Assembly: GCA_022360015.1 (NCBI GenBank)
Contig: JAKSDQ010000060.1
Location: 13,922 to 77,921, forward strand
DNA: 64,000 bases
Origin: Cytophagales bacterium
GTDB taxonomy: Bacteria; Bacteroidota; Bacteroidia; Cytophagales; Cyclobacteriaceae
Direction of reading: 5' to 3'
Below, piece after piece: positions 28,972-39,606 of the stretch. The notes beneath the pieces were generated by a model. It was not told the origin of the DNA. It worked only from the letters and a program-made list of their open reading frames with translations, and made no database searches. The stretch's first letter is position 1. The number at the start of each line of letters is the position of its first letter. The translations under genes were made by a program, and so were the position numbers.

Positions 28972-29553
28972 TCACAGTATTTCTACGAGCTGATAGAAAT
29001 CAAACATAGTTATCCTGAAAGCTTCCCGGTCTTGTTTGGATCGAAGCAAGGGTATTTTTTGACCTTGATTTAGCCAGTATAGTTTATGTTCTTTAAGAAT
29101 ATGTTCATATATAACGGCAGTAATGGTGAATTGTGTGTCCTTATTTCCTACACTAAATTCTTCGCTACCCTCAAAGCCTTCCCCCTCCCAGACCAAAGTA
29201 ATATTTTTAATATCTGCTAACTGATTGCCGGGTTCAAGAAGGATGTATGCCTCATCAAACCGCCAGTTTAGTACAATTGCCAGGTTTAACTGCGGCACAT
29301 CGGTATCCCTGGAACGGGTTTTTATTCTGTAAACTTCCAGTTTGGACTCGGTCATTTCCTCCCTGTCGTAATATAGTGCCCTCACATTCTTGAAAAAAAG
29401 CTCTGATGGATCAGTGGTTTTATAGGAAGGTTTATCCTTATCGATTATTTTTTCATTGTCAACAACGCACTGAACAAATAACAGGCAAAACATCATTAAA
29501 GCCGCAGGAAATTTATAATTTATCTTATCATTCATATATGCTTTAACAACCAA
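28972..29553 (-). CDS. Hypothetical exported protein
   Basis: N-terminal hydrophobic segment, TTDPSELFFKNVRALYY...NWR..EAYILLEP; no function recognised. Confidence 0.65.
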   Translation of the reverse strand: MVVKAYMNDKINYKFPAALMMFCLLFVQCVVDNEKIIDKDKPSYKTTDPSELFFKNVRALYYDREEMTESKLEVYRIKTRSRDTDVPQLNLAIVLNWRFDEAYILLEPGNQLADIKNITLVWEGEGFEGSEEFSVGNKDTQFTITAVIYEHILKEHKLYWLNQGQKIPLLRSKQDREAFRITMFDFYQLVEIL

Positions 29554-29621
29554 AAAACTGTCAATGTTTTAATTGCCGAACAACTCCAATGTCATTTTCA
29601 TTTGATTTCCAAGAGAATTAG

Positions 29622-29837
29622 TTTGAGCAAAAAAACCAGCCAGGGACATTTAACCTTCAATCACAAAGTGGATTTGATTCAGGTGGCATTGGCAGTCTCC
29701 TGACTGGTCTGGCAGGAAAGCCCAATAATGAATCGGCTTTTGATTTGACTGATGTGACCGGTATGGTCACAGGAAAAGGCGAGCAGCAAAATGATACGGG
29801 AGAGATTGCCGGGAAAATTCCGGGCAAACTGTTTTAA
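29622..29837 (+). pseudogene. Start-less Gly-rich C-terminal gene fragment (DUF937-like tail)
   Basis: Open frame ...GFDSGGIGSLLTGLAGK...AFDLTDVTGMVTG...GKLF* preceded by an in-frame TAG at 29619 with no start codon. Confidence 0.4.
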
Positions 29838-29977
29838 AAGCCATACCGGGTCTGCTAATCAGATTCTATCGCACATCCATCCTGGTCTCAACTTCATCGA
29901 CCAGGCTATCAATCACAACCATGTGGGTATGTGTATAATCCTTTTTTCCAGATATTTACCATTACCAGGTATGCTAA

Positions 29978-30631
29978 CTACAAAGGTTTTTTGTTATTTC
30001 CGGACAATTTGAAGTTAAGCCTTATTTTTTTGCCTGATACCTCTTCCAGAAACGGTTTTAAAAATTGTCTGGCGCTGACCTGGGTTTGTGATGTAATACC
30101 CGAGTCCAAAGCCGCTTTTTTGATTTGCTTTTCAGCATTTCTGTATACTTCTTCCACAAATCTTCTTTCCTCTTCATCGGTAGCCAAATATCCGGTTTCG
30201 AGATCATAAATCCTCGAATTTTCCAGATCGATTTTATAGTAGCACAATTCGGGTGGAGGTAGATGGATGACCAGGGAATCTTCAAAAACACCAATATCTT
30301 CGACCGATAATTTCGTGAGATCAACACAACCGACTGCTTCCCCTGTTGTGATCAGCGCTGCCTTCATATCCGGACTGTAACTACGCAAAAATATTTTCCA
30401 CTGACTGGTATTTTTAACTTCTGTTATCTCCTTAAACCGATATCTGACCAACTCAAGCCTTCCTAAATTCTCGAGCTTTTGCAAAACGACATCATGTTGA
30501 ATTTGGGTGTTTTCATCTTCAGTCGGGGGATAAAAAGGCAACCTGCCAGTAATCAAAACCCAGACCGCCACTGTCAATAACAGCACCCAGGGCAGGTTTT
30601 TCATTATGATTCTCAGTAATATATTAATCAT
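29978..30631 (-). CDS. DUF4230-family protein
   Basis: TM anchor, LGRLEL, G.AVGCVDL, IHLPPPE, AEKQIKKAALDSGI. Confidence 0.85.
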   Translation of the reverse strand: MINILLRIIMKNLPWVLLLTVAVWVLITGRLPFYPPTEDENTQIQHDVVLQKLENLGRLELVRYRFKEITEVKNTSQWKIFLRSYSPDMKAALITTGEAVGCVDLTKLSVEDIGVFEDSLVIHLPPPELCYYKIDLENSRIYDLETGYLATDEEERRFVEEVYRNAEKQIKKAALDSGITSQTQVSARQFLKPFLEEVSGKKIRLNFKLSGNNKKPL

Positions 30632-30753
30632 GGTTATTCGCTAAATCCATGGAGAATTTACTTAAAAATATGCAAGACCAATGACAAATAACGAATAAAC
30701 AACAAAAATATATCAACGGGTCGATTGAGTTTCAGCCTTGGGTGAAAAGCCTG

Positions 30754-31191
30754 TCAGGCCGCATCGGCCAGATAATTAGCGACAGCTTGTTTTTTAAACA
30801 GATTCCATTCGGATAGGCTTAGTTTACCTTTACCAATCAATAACAATATGGTTCTGATTAGTTCCTTTTTAAATCCGTAATTGATGGTGACATGCTCGCA
30901 CAACGCCATTTCGCTTTTCTCCAGAATGTTATCCACCAGCATCATCCTTACAAGATCGTAAATCTGGTCCAGGCGTTTATTCGGGTCTTCCGGCATTTCC
31001 AATATCAGAGGTGTGTAATTTTCTATGATTTTTGCAATTTGCCAACCTTTCAACCCATACTTCTCACCCACGGTGTACAACAAACTTCTTTCGCTCGGAT
31101 GAAGCTCCCCGTCAATGTAAGCCAAGGTTACCAGATTCCTTAAATGCTGTTTTTTGTATTTCACGTATTGATGTTCAAAAAAACCTATCAT
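30754..31191 (-). CDS. TerB-like (tellurite-resistance fold) protein
   Basis: NLVTLAYIDGELHPSE...LYTVGEKYGL; DLVRMMLVD...E. Confidence 0.8.
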   Translation of the reverse strand: MIGFFEHQYVKYKKQHLRNLVTLAYIDGELHPSERSLLYTVGEKYGLKGWQIAKIIENYTPLILEMPEDPNKRLDQIYDLVRMMLVDNILEKSEMALCEHVTINYGFKKELIRTILLLIGKGKLSLSEWNLFKKQAVANYLADAA

Positions 31192-31388
31192 AATCTGTTA
31201 AATAAGGGTAGTTCAAAAATTTCTTAACCTTAAATATAGCCAAAAAGCCGACCAAAAAGGAACTTTTTCAACATTTTTTTGCATTAAATTGAGAAAGCAA
31301 AAGTATTGAGGCAATTAGCTGATTGACTGTCAAACAGGTAAATATAAATAGTTAAAGCAGGGGTTCAAGTGGTTATAACCCCTTTGTT

Positions 31389-32024
31389 TTAGTCGGCTGT
31401 TTTTACTTCCGTTTCTATCGACTCGTCTTTTGCCGGTTCGGCCGGTTGTTCCTGGTCTTCGGCAAAAAACCTCTTTTGCATGAGCAGGATAATGGCTACG
31501 CCAATAAAAATAGAAGCATCCGCAATATTGAAAATAGGCCATAAAAACAGGTGTTTACCTCCCCAGACCGGTACCCAGTCGGCCACATAGCCCGACCATA
31601 TATCGAGGTAAAACATATCGACAACTTTACCATGAAACCAAGGTGTGGTGGCATCGGCGGGAGCGTTGTTAAGAAGTACCCCATAGAACGTACTGTCGAT
31701 AACATTGCCAATGGCACCCGCCAGGATCAGTGCTACACACCATATAAGCCCCTGGTGAACCTGTTTCCTGGCCAGAACAAGAATGTAGTAACCAATAGCA
31801 ATCATGGCAAATAGCCTGAAAAAGGTAAGCAGAAACTTACCATACTCCCATTCAATCTGGATGCCGAAGGCCATACCCGGGTTTTCGGTATAGTGAATCT
31901 TAAACCAGTCACCAAACACGACAATCTCCTCCCCCAGCTCCATATTAAAATGAACTATTAGTTTGACAACCTGGTCAAGAATTATAACCACTAAACTCAG
32001 CAAATAATATTTATAGTATTTCAC
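31389..32024 (-). CDS. lspA: Lipoprotein signal peptidase
   Basis: DQ..K, NPGMAFG, GAIGNVID...VVD and FNIAD catalytic motifs; directly downstream of ileS. Confidence 0.95.
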   Translation of the reverse strand: MKYYKYYLLSLVVIILDQVVKLIVHFNMELGEEIVVFGDWFKIHYTENPGMAFGIQIEWEYGKFLLTFFRLFAMIAIGYYILVLARKQVHQGLIWCVALILAGAIGNVIDSTFYGVLLNNAPADATTPWFHGKVVDMFYLDIWSGYVADWVPVWGGKHLFLWPIFNIADASIFIGVAIILLMQKRFFAEDQEQPAEPAKDESIETEVKTAD

Positions 32025-32046
32025 TTTGACTCTATTTACCTAAAAA

Positions 32047-35000
32047 TTAAACATCAATCTTCACCAGCAGTTTTAACTCATCCATTTCCAGAAGTTTTCC
32101 ATCAACCAGGTCTTCTTTGATATCAAGACTAAGCGCCTGCGTTTCACGACAAATATATTCTTTATTAGCGAGCAATGCATCATTAATCAATGCTTCGTTT
32201 TTCGCAATGCTTATCATTATTTTATCCTGAACCGCTAATCCCATATCTTTTCGCAAATTCTGTACCCTGTTAACCAAATCCCTGGCGATACCTTCTTTTT
32301 TTAAATCTTCGGTAATGTGGACATCCAGGGCCACCGTCAGCCCTCCGTCACTTGCAACAAGCCAGCCAGGAATATCTTCCGACATGATCTCTACGTCATC
32401 GATGTCAACGTAGATCGTTTCATCATCCACATGAATTTCCAGCGGGCTACCTTTCTCCAGCACACCGATTTCTTCTTGCCCGAATTCTTTGATAGCGGCA
32501 GCAATATGTTTTACTCTGGCCCCGTATTTCTGGCCAAGTTCCCTGAAATTAGGTTTTATTTTCTTTACAATCACACCAGCGGTATCGTCTATGTATTCAA
32601 CCTTTTTCACATTGACTTCAGTCTTTATCAGATCCTCCACCTCATGGATCATTTCTTTTACCTCGGGATCCAGTACAGGAATCAAAACCTTGGCCAACGG
32701 TTGCCGCACTTTGATTTTTTCTTTTTTCCGCAAAGAATGAACCAGAGAGGATATGTTCTGGGACAATTTCATTTTTTCTTCCAGCGCAGTGTCAATAAAT
32801 GGACTCTCGGCTTGGGGAAAATAGCCTAAGTGCACTGATTCCAATTGTTCCTGGCCGCTGGTATTATTCAAATCCAAAAATAACCTTTCCATATAAAATG
32901 GTGCCATAGGGCTGCCGAGTTTTGCCACAGTTATGAGACAGGTATAAAGCGTTTGATAAGCCGCCTGTTTATCCTCCGTGTAATCCCCCACCCAGAATCG
33001 TTTCCGGTTGAGCCTCACATACCAGTTGCTCAAATCATCGATGACAAAATCCTGAATAGCCCTGCAGGCCTTGGTAGGTTCGTAGGCCTCCAGGCAATCA
33101 TCGACCATCAGTATCAGACTATTGAGCCTGGAAATAATCCACCTGTCGCTTTCAGGCCTACGGGCCAATGGAATTTCCTCTTCTGCAAAAGTAAACTGGT
33201 CTAAATTTGCATACAAGGCAAAAAATGAATAGGTATTGTGCAGGGTTCCAAAAAACCTCCGCTGCACTTCTTTGATACCTTCCTTGTTAAACTTCAGGTT
33301 GTCCCAGGGGTTGGCATTGGCAATCATATACCATCGCGTGGCATCCGGACCAAATACTTCCAGGGTTTTAAACGGGTCAACCGTGTTATTTAAACGTTTG
33401 GACATTTTGTTGCCATGTTTGTCCAGCACCAGTCCATTGGCTATGACATTTTTAAAAGCTACATTATCAAACAGCATCCCTGCGATGGCATGTAAGGTAA
33501 AAAACCAACCACGAGTCTGATCTACTCCTTCGGTTATATAGTCGGCAGGGAAGTTTTGTTGAAATATTTCTTCATTTTCAAAAGGATAATGCCATTGTGC
33601 GTAGGGCATGGCTCCGGAATCAAACCATACGTCAATCAGGGCCTCTTCACGATACATTTCCTGGCCTGATTCACTTACTAATACAATGTTATCGACATAA
33701 GGCCGGTGTAAATCAAAATCGTCACCGATTGGCTGATCCATAAATCCGGCACGGATGGACTTCTCCACCTCGGTTTTTAACGCTTTGATCGATCCGATAC
33801 ACTTTTCCTCTTTTTGATCTTTTGTCCGCCAGATAGGTAAAGGGGTACCCCAAAACCTTGAACGGCTTAGGTTCCAGTCCACCAGGTTTTCCAACCAATT
33901 ACCAAACCTTCCGGTTCCTGTGGAGACCGGTTTCCAGTTGATAGTTTTGTTGAGGTTTACCAATTGATCCTTGTAAGCCGTGGTTTTGATAAACCAGGAA
34001 TCCAACGGGTAGTAAAGCACTGGTTTATCTGTACGCCAGCAATGCGGATACGAGTGCTCATACTTCTCCACTTTAAAAGCCTTGTTCTCTTCTTTCAGCT
34101 TAATGGCGATTAATACATCGGTGGATTTGTATTCCGGATCCGATTCGTCCTTTCCTTCATAATTTTTGACATACATGCCGGCAAAATCAGTGATTTCTTT
34201 GACAAATTTGCCTTTTTTATCCACGATCGGCACATAATTACCCAGCTCATCCTTAACCATCACCCCGGGGATTCCGTGTTGCTCACAGGTTCGAAAGTCA
34301 TCCGCACCAAAAGTTTTGGAGATGTGCACGATACCTGTACCATCTTCAGTGGTAACATAATCACCGATTACCACCGTGAAGGCAGGATGCGGTAAAGGAA
34401 CATAAGGCAACAGTTGCTCATAGGCCATCCCTTCCAGGTCAGCGCCAGTATAACTTTCCACTACCTTGTAGGGAATCAATTTATCGCCAGGCTGGTAATC
34501 TTCGATACTTAAACCTTTGGCTTTTTCGCTGAAATACGCCTTCATTCTCTCTTTGGCCAGAATTACGTTCACTGGTTTGTAGGTATACGGATTGAAGGTT
34601 TGAACCTTGACATACGCTATGTTCTTACCGATTGCCAGTGCGCTGTTGGCCGGAAGTGTCCAGGGCGTGGTGGTCCAGGCCAGAAAGTAATCATTTTCAG
34701 TATTTTTGATTTTAAAATGGGCAGTAATCGAGGTGTCCTTCACCATCTTGTAGCACCCGGGCTGATTCAACTCATGTGAGCTCAACCCGGTGCCCGCTGC
34801 CGGGGAATATGGCTGTATGGTATAGCCTTTGTAAAGCAGACCTTTGTCGTAAAATTTTTTCAGCAAATACCATAATGACTCCATATAGTCCTTGTCAAAG
34901 GTGAGATAAGGATTATCCAAATCCACCCAATAGCCAATTTTTTCCGTCAGGTCATCCCACTCGTCCTTGAACTTCATGACGGCTTCCCTGCACCTTTGAT

Positions 35001-35349
35001 TGTATTCTTCGATCGTTATCTTTTTACCGATATCATCCTTGGTAATTCCCAGTTCCTTTTCTACCTTGATTTCAACCGGCAAGCCATGTGTGTCCCATCC
35101 GCCCTTCCTTTTTACCTGATATCCCTTGAGCGTTTTATATCGGCAAAATACATCCTTAAGGGTTCTCGCCATTACATGGTGAATGCCAGGTGTACCATTG
35201 GCCGATGGCGGACCTTCATAAAAGGTAAAAGTTTCACCGCCCTCCCTGCTTTCTATGGATTTATTGAAGATGTCCCTTTTCTTCCATTCAGAAAGCACCT
35301 CTTCTGCCATACCTGCCAGGTCGATAGCTTTATATTCTTTATATTTCAC
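32047..35349 (-). CDS. ileS: Isoleucine-tRNA ligase, type 2
   Basis: GPPSANGTPGIHH, WTTTPWTLP, DWNLSRSRFWG, KMSKR; C-terminal EGIARDLVNRVQNLRK rather than a Zn finger. Start moved to GTG 35349 (VKYKEYK). Confidence 0.96.
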   Translation of the reverse strand: MKYKEYKAIDLAGMAEEVLSEWKKRDIFNKSIESREGGETFTFYEGPPSANGTPGIHHVMARTLKDVFCRYKTLKGYQVKRKGGWDTHGLPVEIKVEKELGITKDDIGKKITIEEYNQRCREAVMKFKDEWDDLTEKIGYWVDLDNPYLTFDKDYMESLWYLLKKFYDKGLLYKGYTIQPYSPAAGTGLSSHELNQPGCYKMVKDTSITAHFKIKNTENDYFLAWTTTPWTLPANSALAIGKNIAYVKVQTFNPYTYKPVNVILAKERMKAYFSEKAKGLSIEDYQPGDKLIPYKVVESYTGADLEGMAYEQLLPYVPLPHPAFTVVIGDYVTTEDGTGIVHISKTFGADDFRTCEQHGIPGVMVKDELGNYVPIVDKKGKFVKEITDFAGMYVKNYEGKDESDPEYKSTDVLIAIKLKEENKAFKVEKYEHSYPHCWRTDKPVLYYPLDSWFIKTTAYKDQLVNLNKTINWKPVSTGTGRFGNWLENLVDWNLSRSRFWGTPLPIWRTKDQKEEKCIGSIKALKTEVEKSIRAGFMDQPIGDDFDLHRPYVDNIVLVSESGQEMYREEALIDVWFDSGAMPYAQWHYPFENEEIFQQNFPADYITEGVDQTRGWFFTLHAIAGMLFDNVAFKNVIANGLVLDKHGNKMSKRLNNTVDPFKTLEVFGPDATRWYMIANANPWDNLKFNKEGIKEVQRRFFGTLHNTYSFFALYANLDQFTFAEEEIPLARRPESDRWIISRLNSLILMVDDCLEAYEPTKACRAIQDFVIDDLSNWYVRLNRKRFWVGDYTEDKQAAYQTLYTCLITVAKLGSPMAPFYMERLFLDLNNTSGQEQLESVHLGYFPQAESPFIDTALEEKMKLSQNISSLVHSLRKKEKIKVRQPLAKVLIPVLDPEVKEMIHEVEDLIKTEVNVKKVEYIDDTAGVIVKKIKPNFRELGQKYGARVKHIAAAIKEFGQEEIGVLEKGSPLEIHVDDETIYVDIDDVEIMSEDIPGWLVASDGGLTVALDVHITEDLKKEGIARDLVNRVQNLRKDMGLAVQDKIMISIAKNEALINDALLANKEYICRETQALSLDIKEDLVDGKLLEMDELKLLVKIDV

Positions 35350-35437
35350 GATATTTGATGTTTTCCTTGTTGATACCAGCGTAATGATAAAGATTTTTTT
35401 TGACTGATCAGCGAGAATCAACCAAAAGACGAAGGCG

Positions 35438-35445
35438 CAAATTTA
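35438..35445 (-). promoter_or_regulatory. -7 promoter element for ileS-lspA
   Basis: TAAATTTG on the minus strand. Confidence 0.6.
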
Positions 35446-35520
35446 CAGAAGAAATCACAAATAATCAGCCCGTTTCACCCATATTCTGGTATACGTAAAT
35501 TCGTAAATTCCAAAATAGAT

Positions 35521-37971
35521 TTAGGCTTCACCCTTTTCGGTATCTTGCAGTTGTTTTACGGAGGCACTTCCATTGCTGGCACCTACACGAATCAGTGATA
35601 AGTCAATTTCCTCATCCTCATCCTCCTGGTAAAACTTTTCATACTGTTCAATCAACGGATGAGTATCTTTTTTACGTTTTCCGTCATCGAAGGTTAAGAG
35701 TAATGCGGGAAGAACCGTGAGATTAGTAAACATGGCAATAAGCAAGGTGGTAGAAGTTAAAACTCCCAGTGCAATGGTGCCACCGAAATCAGACCCTGAA
35801 AAAATAACAAAACCTGCAAAAAGTACGATAGAGGTATAAATCATGCTGGCACCGGTCTCCCGGATACTTTTGGTAATAGCGATGGGAACAAAAAAGTTGT
35901 TGGAAAACAGTTCCTGCCGGTATTTTGCCAGAAAATGGATAGAGTCATCCACAGAAATGCCGAAAGCTATGCAGAAAATTAAGGCAGTGCTCGGTTTAAG
36001 TGGAATATCAAAATAACCCATAAGTCCACCGGTTATAATTAATGGTATCATGTTCGGAATCAGCGAAATGATAATGATTCTGAAATTCCTGAATAATATA
36101 CTCATGATCACAGCGATAATAAGGAACGCCAGAAATAAGCTCGCCCTGAGATTCTCTATTAAAAACCGGTTTCCCTTTATAAACAAAGGTGTAGTCCCGG
36201 TTACAGTTACTTGGGTCGTTGAGTCAGAAAAAATTTCATCAATTTTAGGTTGAATGACATGATCCACCAGCGAATCCATTTTCTGAGAGCCAATGTCTGC
36301 CACTTTTAAAGAAACCCGCATTTTTTGTCCGGTAGAATCCACAAAAGAATCCAGAAGGCCTGAATTATCGGTTTCATCATTTAAATACGAAAAAATAAAA
36401 CTGCGCTCCTGATTATTGGGTAACTGATAAAATTTGGGATTGTTGTTGTAATATGCCTGTTTAGAAGCTTTCACAAAACTAACGATGGAAACCGGGTTGG
36501 AAATATCATCTAAATTGCCCAGAAACTCTTCTAATTCTGCTACTTTCCTCAAATTCTTTAATCGCATGACGCCCTTCTTTTTGCCGGTGTCTACTACCAC
36601 CTCCATAGGCATAATCCCACTAAAATTATCTTCAAAAAATACCAGGTCTTTCTTTATTTTACTTTCCTCAGGAATATCATCGACCAAATATGATACTGAA
36701 TCGAGTTTATATAAACCATACAATGAAATGCCCACAATAATGGTAGTGACTATATATACAAGTGACCGGTAGTTATGTACAAGCCAGTCTAGCAAACTCA
36801 GGATTGAATCGAGGGGTTTAAAGCCCAGGTGTTTTAACTGACGTTTACTGGGAGGGGGTAAATATGAAAAAACCGCCGGTATTAAAATGATACTTACAAA
36901 GTAGGTCGCAAAGATGTTTATACCCGCCACAATTCCAAACTCCCTCAGTATTTTTATATCTGTAAAAGCCAGCACAATAAAGCCGATGGCTGTAGTAAAG
37001 TTTGTAATCAGCGTTACCAGCCCTATTTTTCTTACCACCCGGCTTAATGCTTTCATCTTGTTGCCATGAACACTGTACTCCTGGTGATATTTATTCAGTA
37101 AATAAATACTGTTTGGGATACCGATGACCACGATAATGGGTGGAATCAGTCCCGTCAACAGGGTGATCTTATAACCAAGAAGCGCAATGGTTCCCATCGA
37201 GCAAATCACCATTACCCCGATGATGATTAAAGGAAAAACCACCGCATCCCATGATCTGAAGAACAACAACATGATGCAGCCGGTCACCACTACAGACAAG
37301 ACTAAAAACATATTTAGCTCCTGCCTGACCTTGCCGGCAACCGTGGATCGAACAAACGGAAGCCCGGCATAATGTAATTCGATTCCTGTAAACTCCGTAA
37401 AGGCATCTCCCAGGTCTACCACATCCTGTACAAGAACCTGCCTTTTCTCCGAATTAAGTACATCCCTGTTGATAGCAACCAGTATGATTGTAGCGCCGTT
37501 ATCCTGGTTAACAATCTGTCCACTGTAATACTTCAGGTCGTTGGCCTTGTTGAGCAGGCTGTCCAGGGACTCCTGGTCTTCAGGAAAAGGGTCAAAAAAT
37601 GGCTGAATGTCAAATTTTCTCTCAGCCTTGTTTCTGGTTAAATATTGTATCCGTGGGAGTGACAAAACATTGTTAACGCCCGGCAAGGAAGCCAGCTCAT
37701 CGTTCAGGTACTTAAAACGTTCAAAATTTTGCAGTTGATAGATTGCACTATCCAGTATTCCGATGGCAAAAATATTTCCATCTTCACCGAAGGTTTGCTT
37801 GAATTGCTCAAAGTAAACCATGTCGGGGTCGTGTTCGGGCACAGTTTTGGCGAAGTCAAAAGACCACTCTATTTCCCTGGATTTAATAGCCATAAAGGCC
37901 GTAACCAGCGCTAGAAGGATGAGAAGGTACAGCCTGTATTTAATGATGATATGCGCGATCTGAGTCCACAT
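35521..37971 (-). CDS. MMPL/RND-family transporter
   Basis: Two 6-TM halves with IVVIGIPNSIYLLNKY and GISVDDSIHF motifs. Start set at ATG 37971, supported by TACATTTG at 37994-37987. Confidence 0.9.
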   Translation of the reverse strand: MWTQIAHIIIKYRLYLLILLALVTAFMAIKSREIEWSFDFAKTVPEHDPDMVYFEQFKQTFGEDGNIFAIGILDSAIYQLQNFERFKYLNDELASLPGVNNVLSLPRIQYLTRNKAERKFDIQPFFDPFPEDQESLDSLLNKANDLKYYSGQIVNQDNGATIILVAINRDVLNSEKRQVLVQDVVDLGDAFTEFTGIELHYAGLPFVRSTVAGKVRQELNMFLVLSVVVTGCIMLLFFRSWDAVVFPLIIIGVMVICSMGTIALLGYKITLLTGLIPPIIVVIGIPNSIYLLNKYHQEYSVHGNKMKALSRVVRKIGLVTLITNFTTAIGFIVLAFTDIKILREFGIVAGINIFATYFVSIILIPAVFSYLPPPSKRQLKHLGFKPLDSILSLLDWLVHNYRSLVYIVTTIIVGISLYGLYKLDSVSYLVDDIPEESKIKKDLVFFEDNFSGIMPMEVVVDTGKKKGVMRLKNLRKVAELEEFLGNLDDISNPVSIVSFVKASKQAYYNNNPKFYQLPNNQERSFIFSYLNDETDNSGLLDSFVDSTGQKMRVSLKVADIGSQKMDSLVDHVIQPKIDEIFSDSTTQVTVTGTTPLFIKGNRFLIENLRASLFLAFLIIAVIMSILFRNFRIIIISLIPNMIPLIITGGLMGYFDIPLKPSTALIFCIAFGISVDDSIHFLAKYRQELFSNNFFVPIAITKSIRETGASMIYTSIVLFAGFVIFSGSDFGGTIALGVLTSTTLLIAMFTNLTVLPALLLTFDDGKRKKDTHPLIEQYEKFYQEDEDEEIDLSLIRVGASNGSASVKQLQDTEKGEA

Positions 37972-38172
37972 TTTCAAGCAAGGGCACAAATGTAATCATT
38001 TTTCATCTTTAAAGAAGGGCTATTTTTGTTAATTAATGTAAGTGTTAATACGTATGATATGAATCAACAATAATTTTGCCAGAAGTAACAATTCTATAAC
38101 GACAAATGTTTTGTCAATGCTATTCCCATTGGAATTAAAGATAGCAAATACCCATAAATTATTTGCTACATC

Positions 38173-39546
38173 CTAAAAATTAGTTGGAAAACCAGATGGC
38201 AAAGTAATACCTTTTATTTTCCGGTAAAGACTTATCGCAAAAGAATCCGTCATTCCCGAAACAAAATCGATCATATTCATGATCAGGGTGTATTCCTGAT
38301 TGTTTTGGTCCGGGGGCAATTGAAAGATCTCTTTGGGCAAAAGTCTGACAATACTTTTATCCCGGCTGGTACATTGCGATGGTTCAAACTGAAATCTGAA
38401 AGATGCGGGTAAAAATCTTTCCAGCAAACCGTTGATCACCTCGAAACCAGCGGCTTCAGTTTCCATAACGACTCTGGCCCGGTAAATACATCGGATGGAT
38501 AAACGGGAGATTTCTTCCAGTGTTTCCCGGGCAGGTATCAGATCGGTTAATGCCTGGTCAAAGCTTCCTGACAACATGGTGGTTTCGTTGGCCTCAAAGA
38601 TCTCGATACACTGATCGATAAGAATACCAATTGAAATGGCCCTTAACAGGCTGATCCGCTCATTCACATTATCGATGCGGTTAAGTTTTGCTTCATCGAA
38701 CTTTGGACCCAGGATGCAGGCAAGGAGTTCTTTTGTCTCCTCATAGGTTACCAGGCCCAGGCGGCACCCGTCTTCAAGGTCTATAATGCTATAACATATA
38801 TCATCGGCTGCCTCTACTAAAAAGGCCATGGGGTGCCTGCACCAGACCAGATCCTCCTGACTATCACGCACTAGTCCCACCTCATTGGCCAGTTGTTCAA
38901 AGAGGTGTTTCTCAGCCTGAAAAAAGCCATACTTCTTATGGCTTTTCCGATATTTATCAGGCTTTTGAATAAGTGATTCCCTGGGGTATTTGGTGAAAGT
39001 GGCCAAAGTAGCCATAGTAAGGCTGAGTCCCTGATAAGACCCTTTGTTTAGAATTCTGAAACCCTGTGCATTTCCTTCGAAATTACAGAGGTCGGCCCAT
39101 TGTTTCTCATCGACTTTAGCCCGGAACTGACCGGCCTGAGGATTATTTCTAAAAAAATCACTGATGGCATCTTCACCGGAATGGCCAAAAGGGGGATTGC
39201 CCAAATCGTGGGCCAGTGAAGCCGCCGCCGCTATCGCCCCGAAATCAAACCGGCTTAGCGCATGTCCCGACAATTCCGGATGCCTGTCAAGGATTATTTC
39301 CCCCGCCTTTCGCCCCAGGCTTTTACCTACACTCGAAACCTCCAGGCTGTGGGTAAGCCGCGTATGAACAAAATCATGCTCAGGCAATGGAAATACCTGG
39401 GTTTTATCCTGCAACCTTCGAAACGGATGCGAAAACAAAATCCTGTCAAAATCCTGTTCAAATGCACTTCTTAATTCATTTCCTTTACCCGGTGCCCTAC
39501 TTTTTTGGCCAAACCGGTGTGGGGAAAGTAACTCGAACCAATTCAT
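38173..39546 (-). CDS. dgt: dGTP triphosphohydrolase
   Basis: RLQDKTQV, RLTHSLEV, AHDLGNPPFGHSGE, FEGNAQGFR, EAADDICY. Confidence 0.95.
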   Translation of the reverse strand: MNWFELLSPHRFGQKSRAPGKGNELRSAFEQDFDRILFSHPFRRLQDKTQVFPLPEHDFVHTRLTHSLEVSSVGKSLGRKAGEIILDRHPELSGHALSRFDFGAIAAAASLAHDLGNPPFGHSGEDAISDFFRNNPQAGQFRAKVDEKQWADLCNFEGNAQGFRILNKGSYQGLSLTMATLATFTKYPRESLIQKPDKYRKSHKKYGFFQAEKHLFEQLANEVGLVRDSQEDLVWCRHPMAFLVEAADDICYSIIDLEDGCRLGLVTYEETKELLACILGPKFDEAKLNRIDNVNERISLLRAISIGILIDQCIEIFEANETTMLSGSFDQALTDLIPARETLEEISRLSIRCIYRARVVMETEAAGFEVINGLLERFLPASFRFQFEPSQCTSRDKSIVRLLPKEIFQLPPDQNNQEYTLIMNMIDFVSGMTDSFAISLYRKIKGITLPSGFPTNF

Positions 39547-39606
39547 TGGATAAATTAAAAGAAAAATGCAAATAAAAATGCAAAGTTTATTTTCAATTTT
39601 CTTTAC

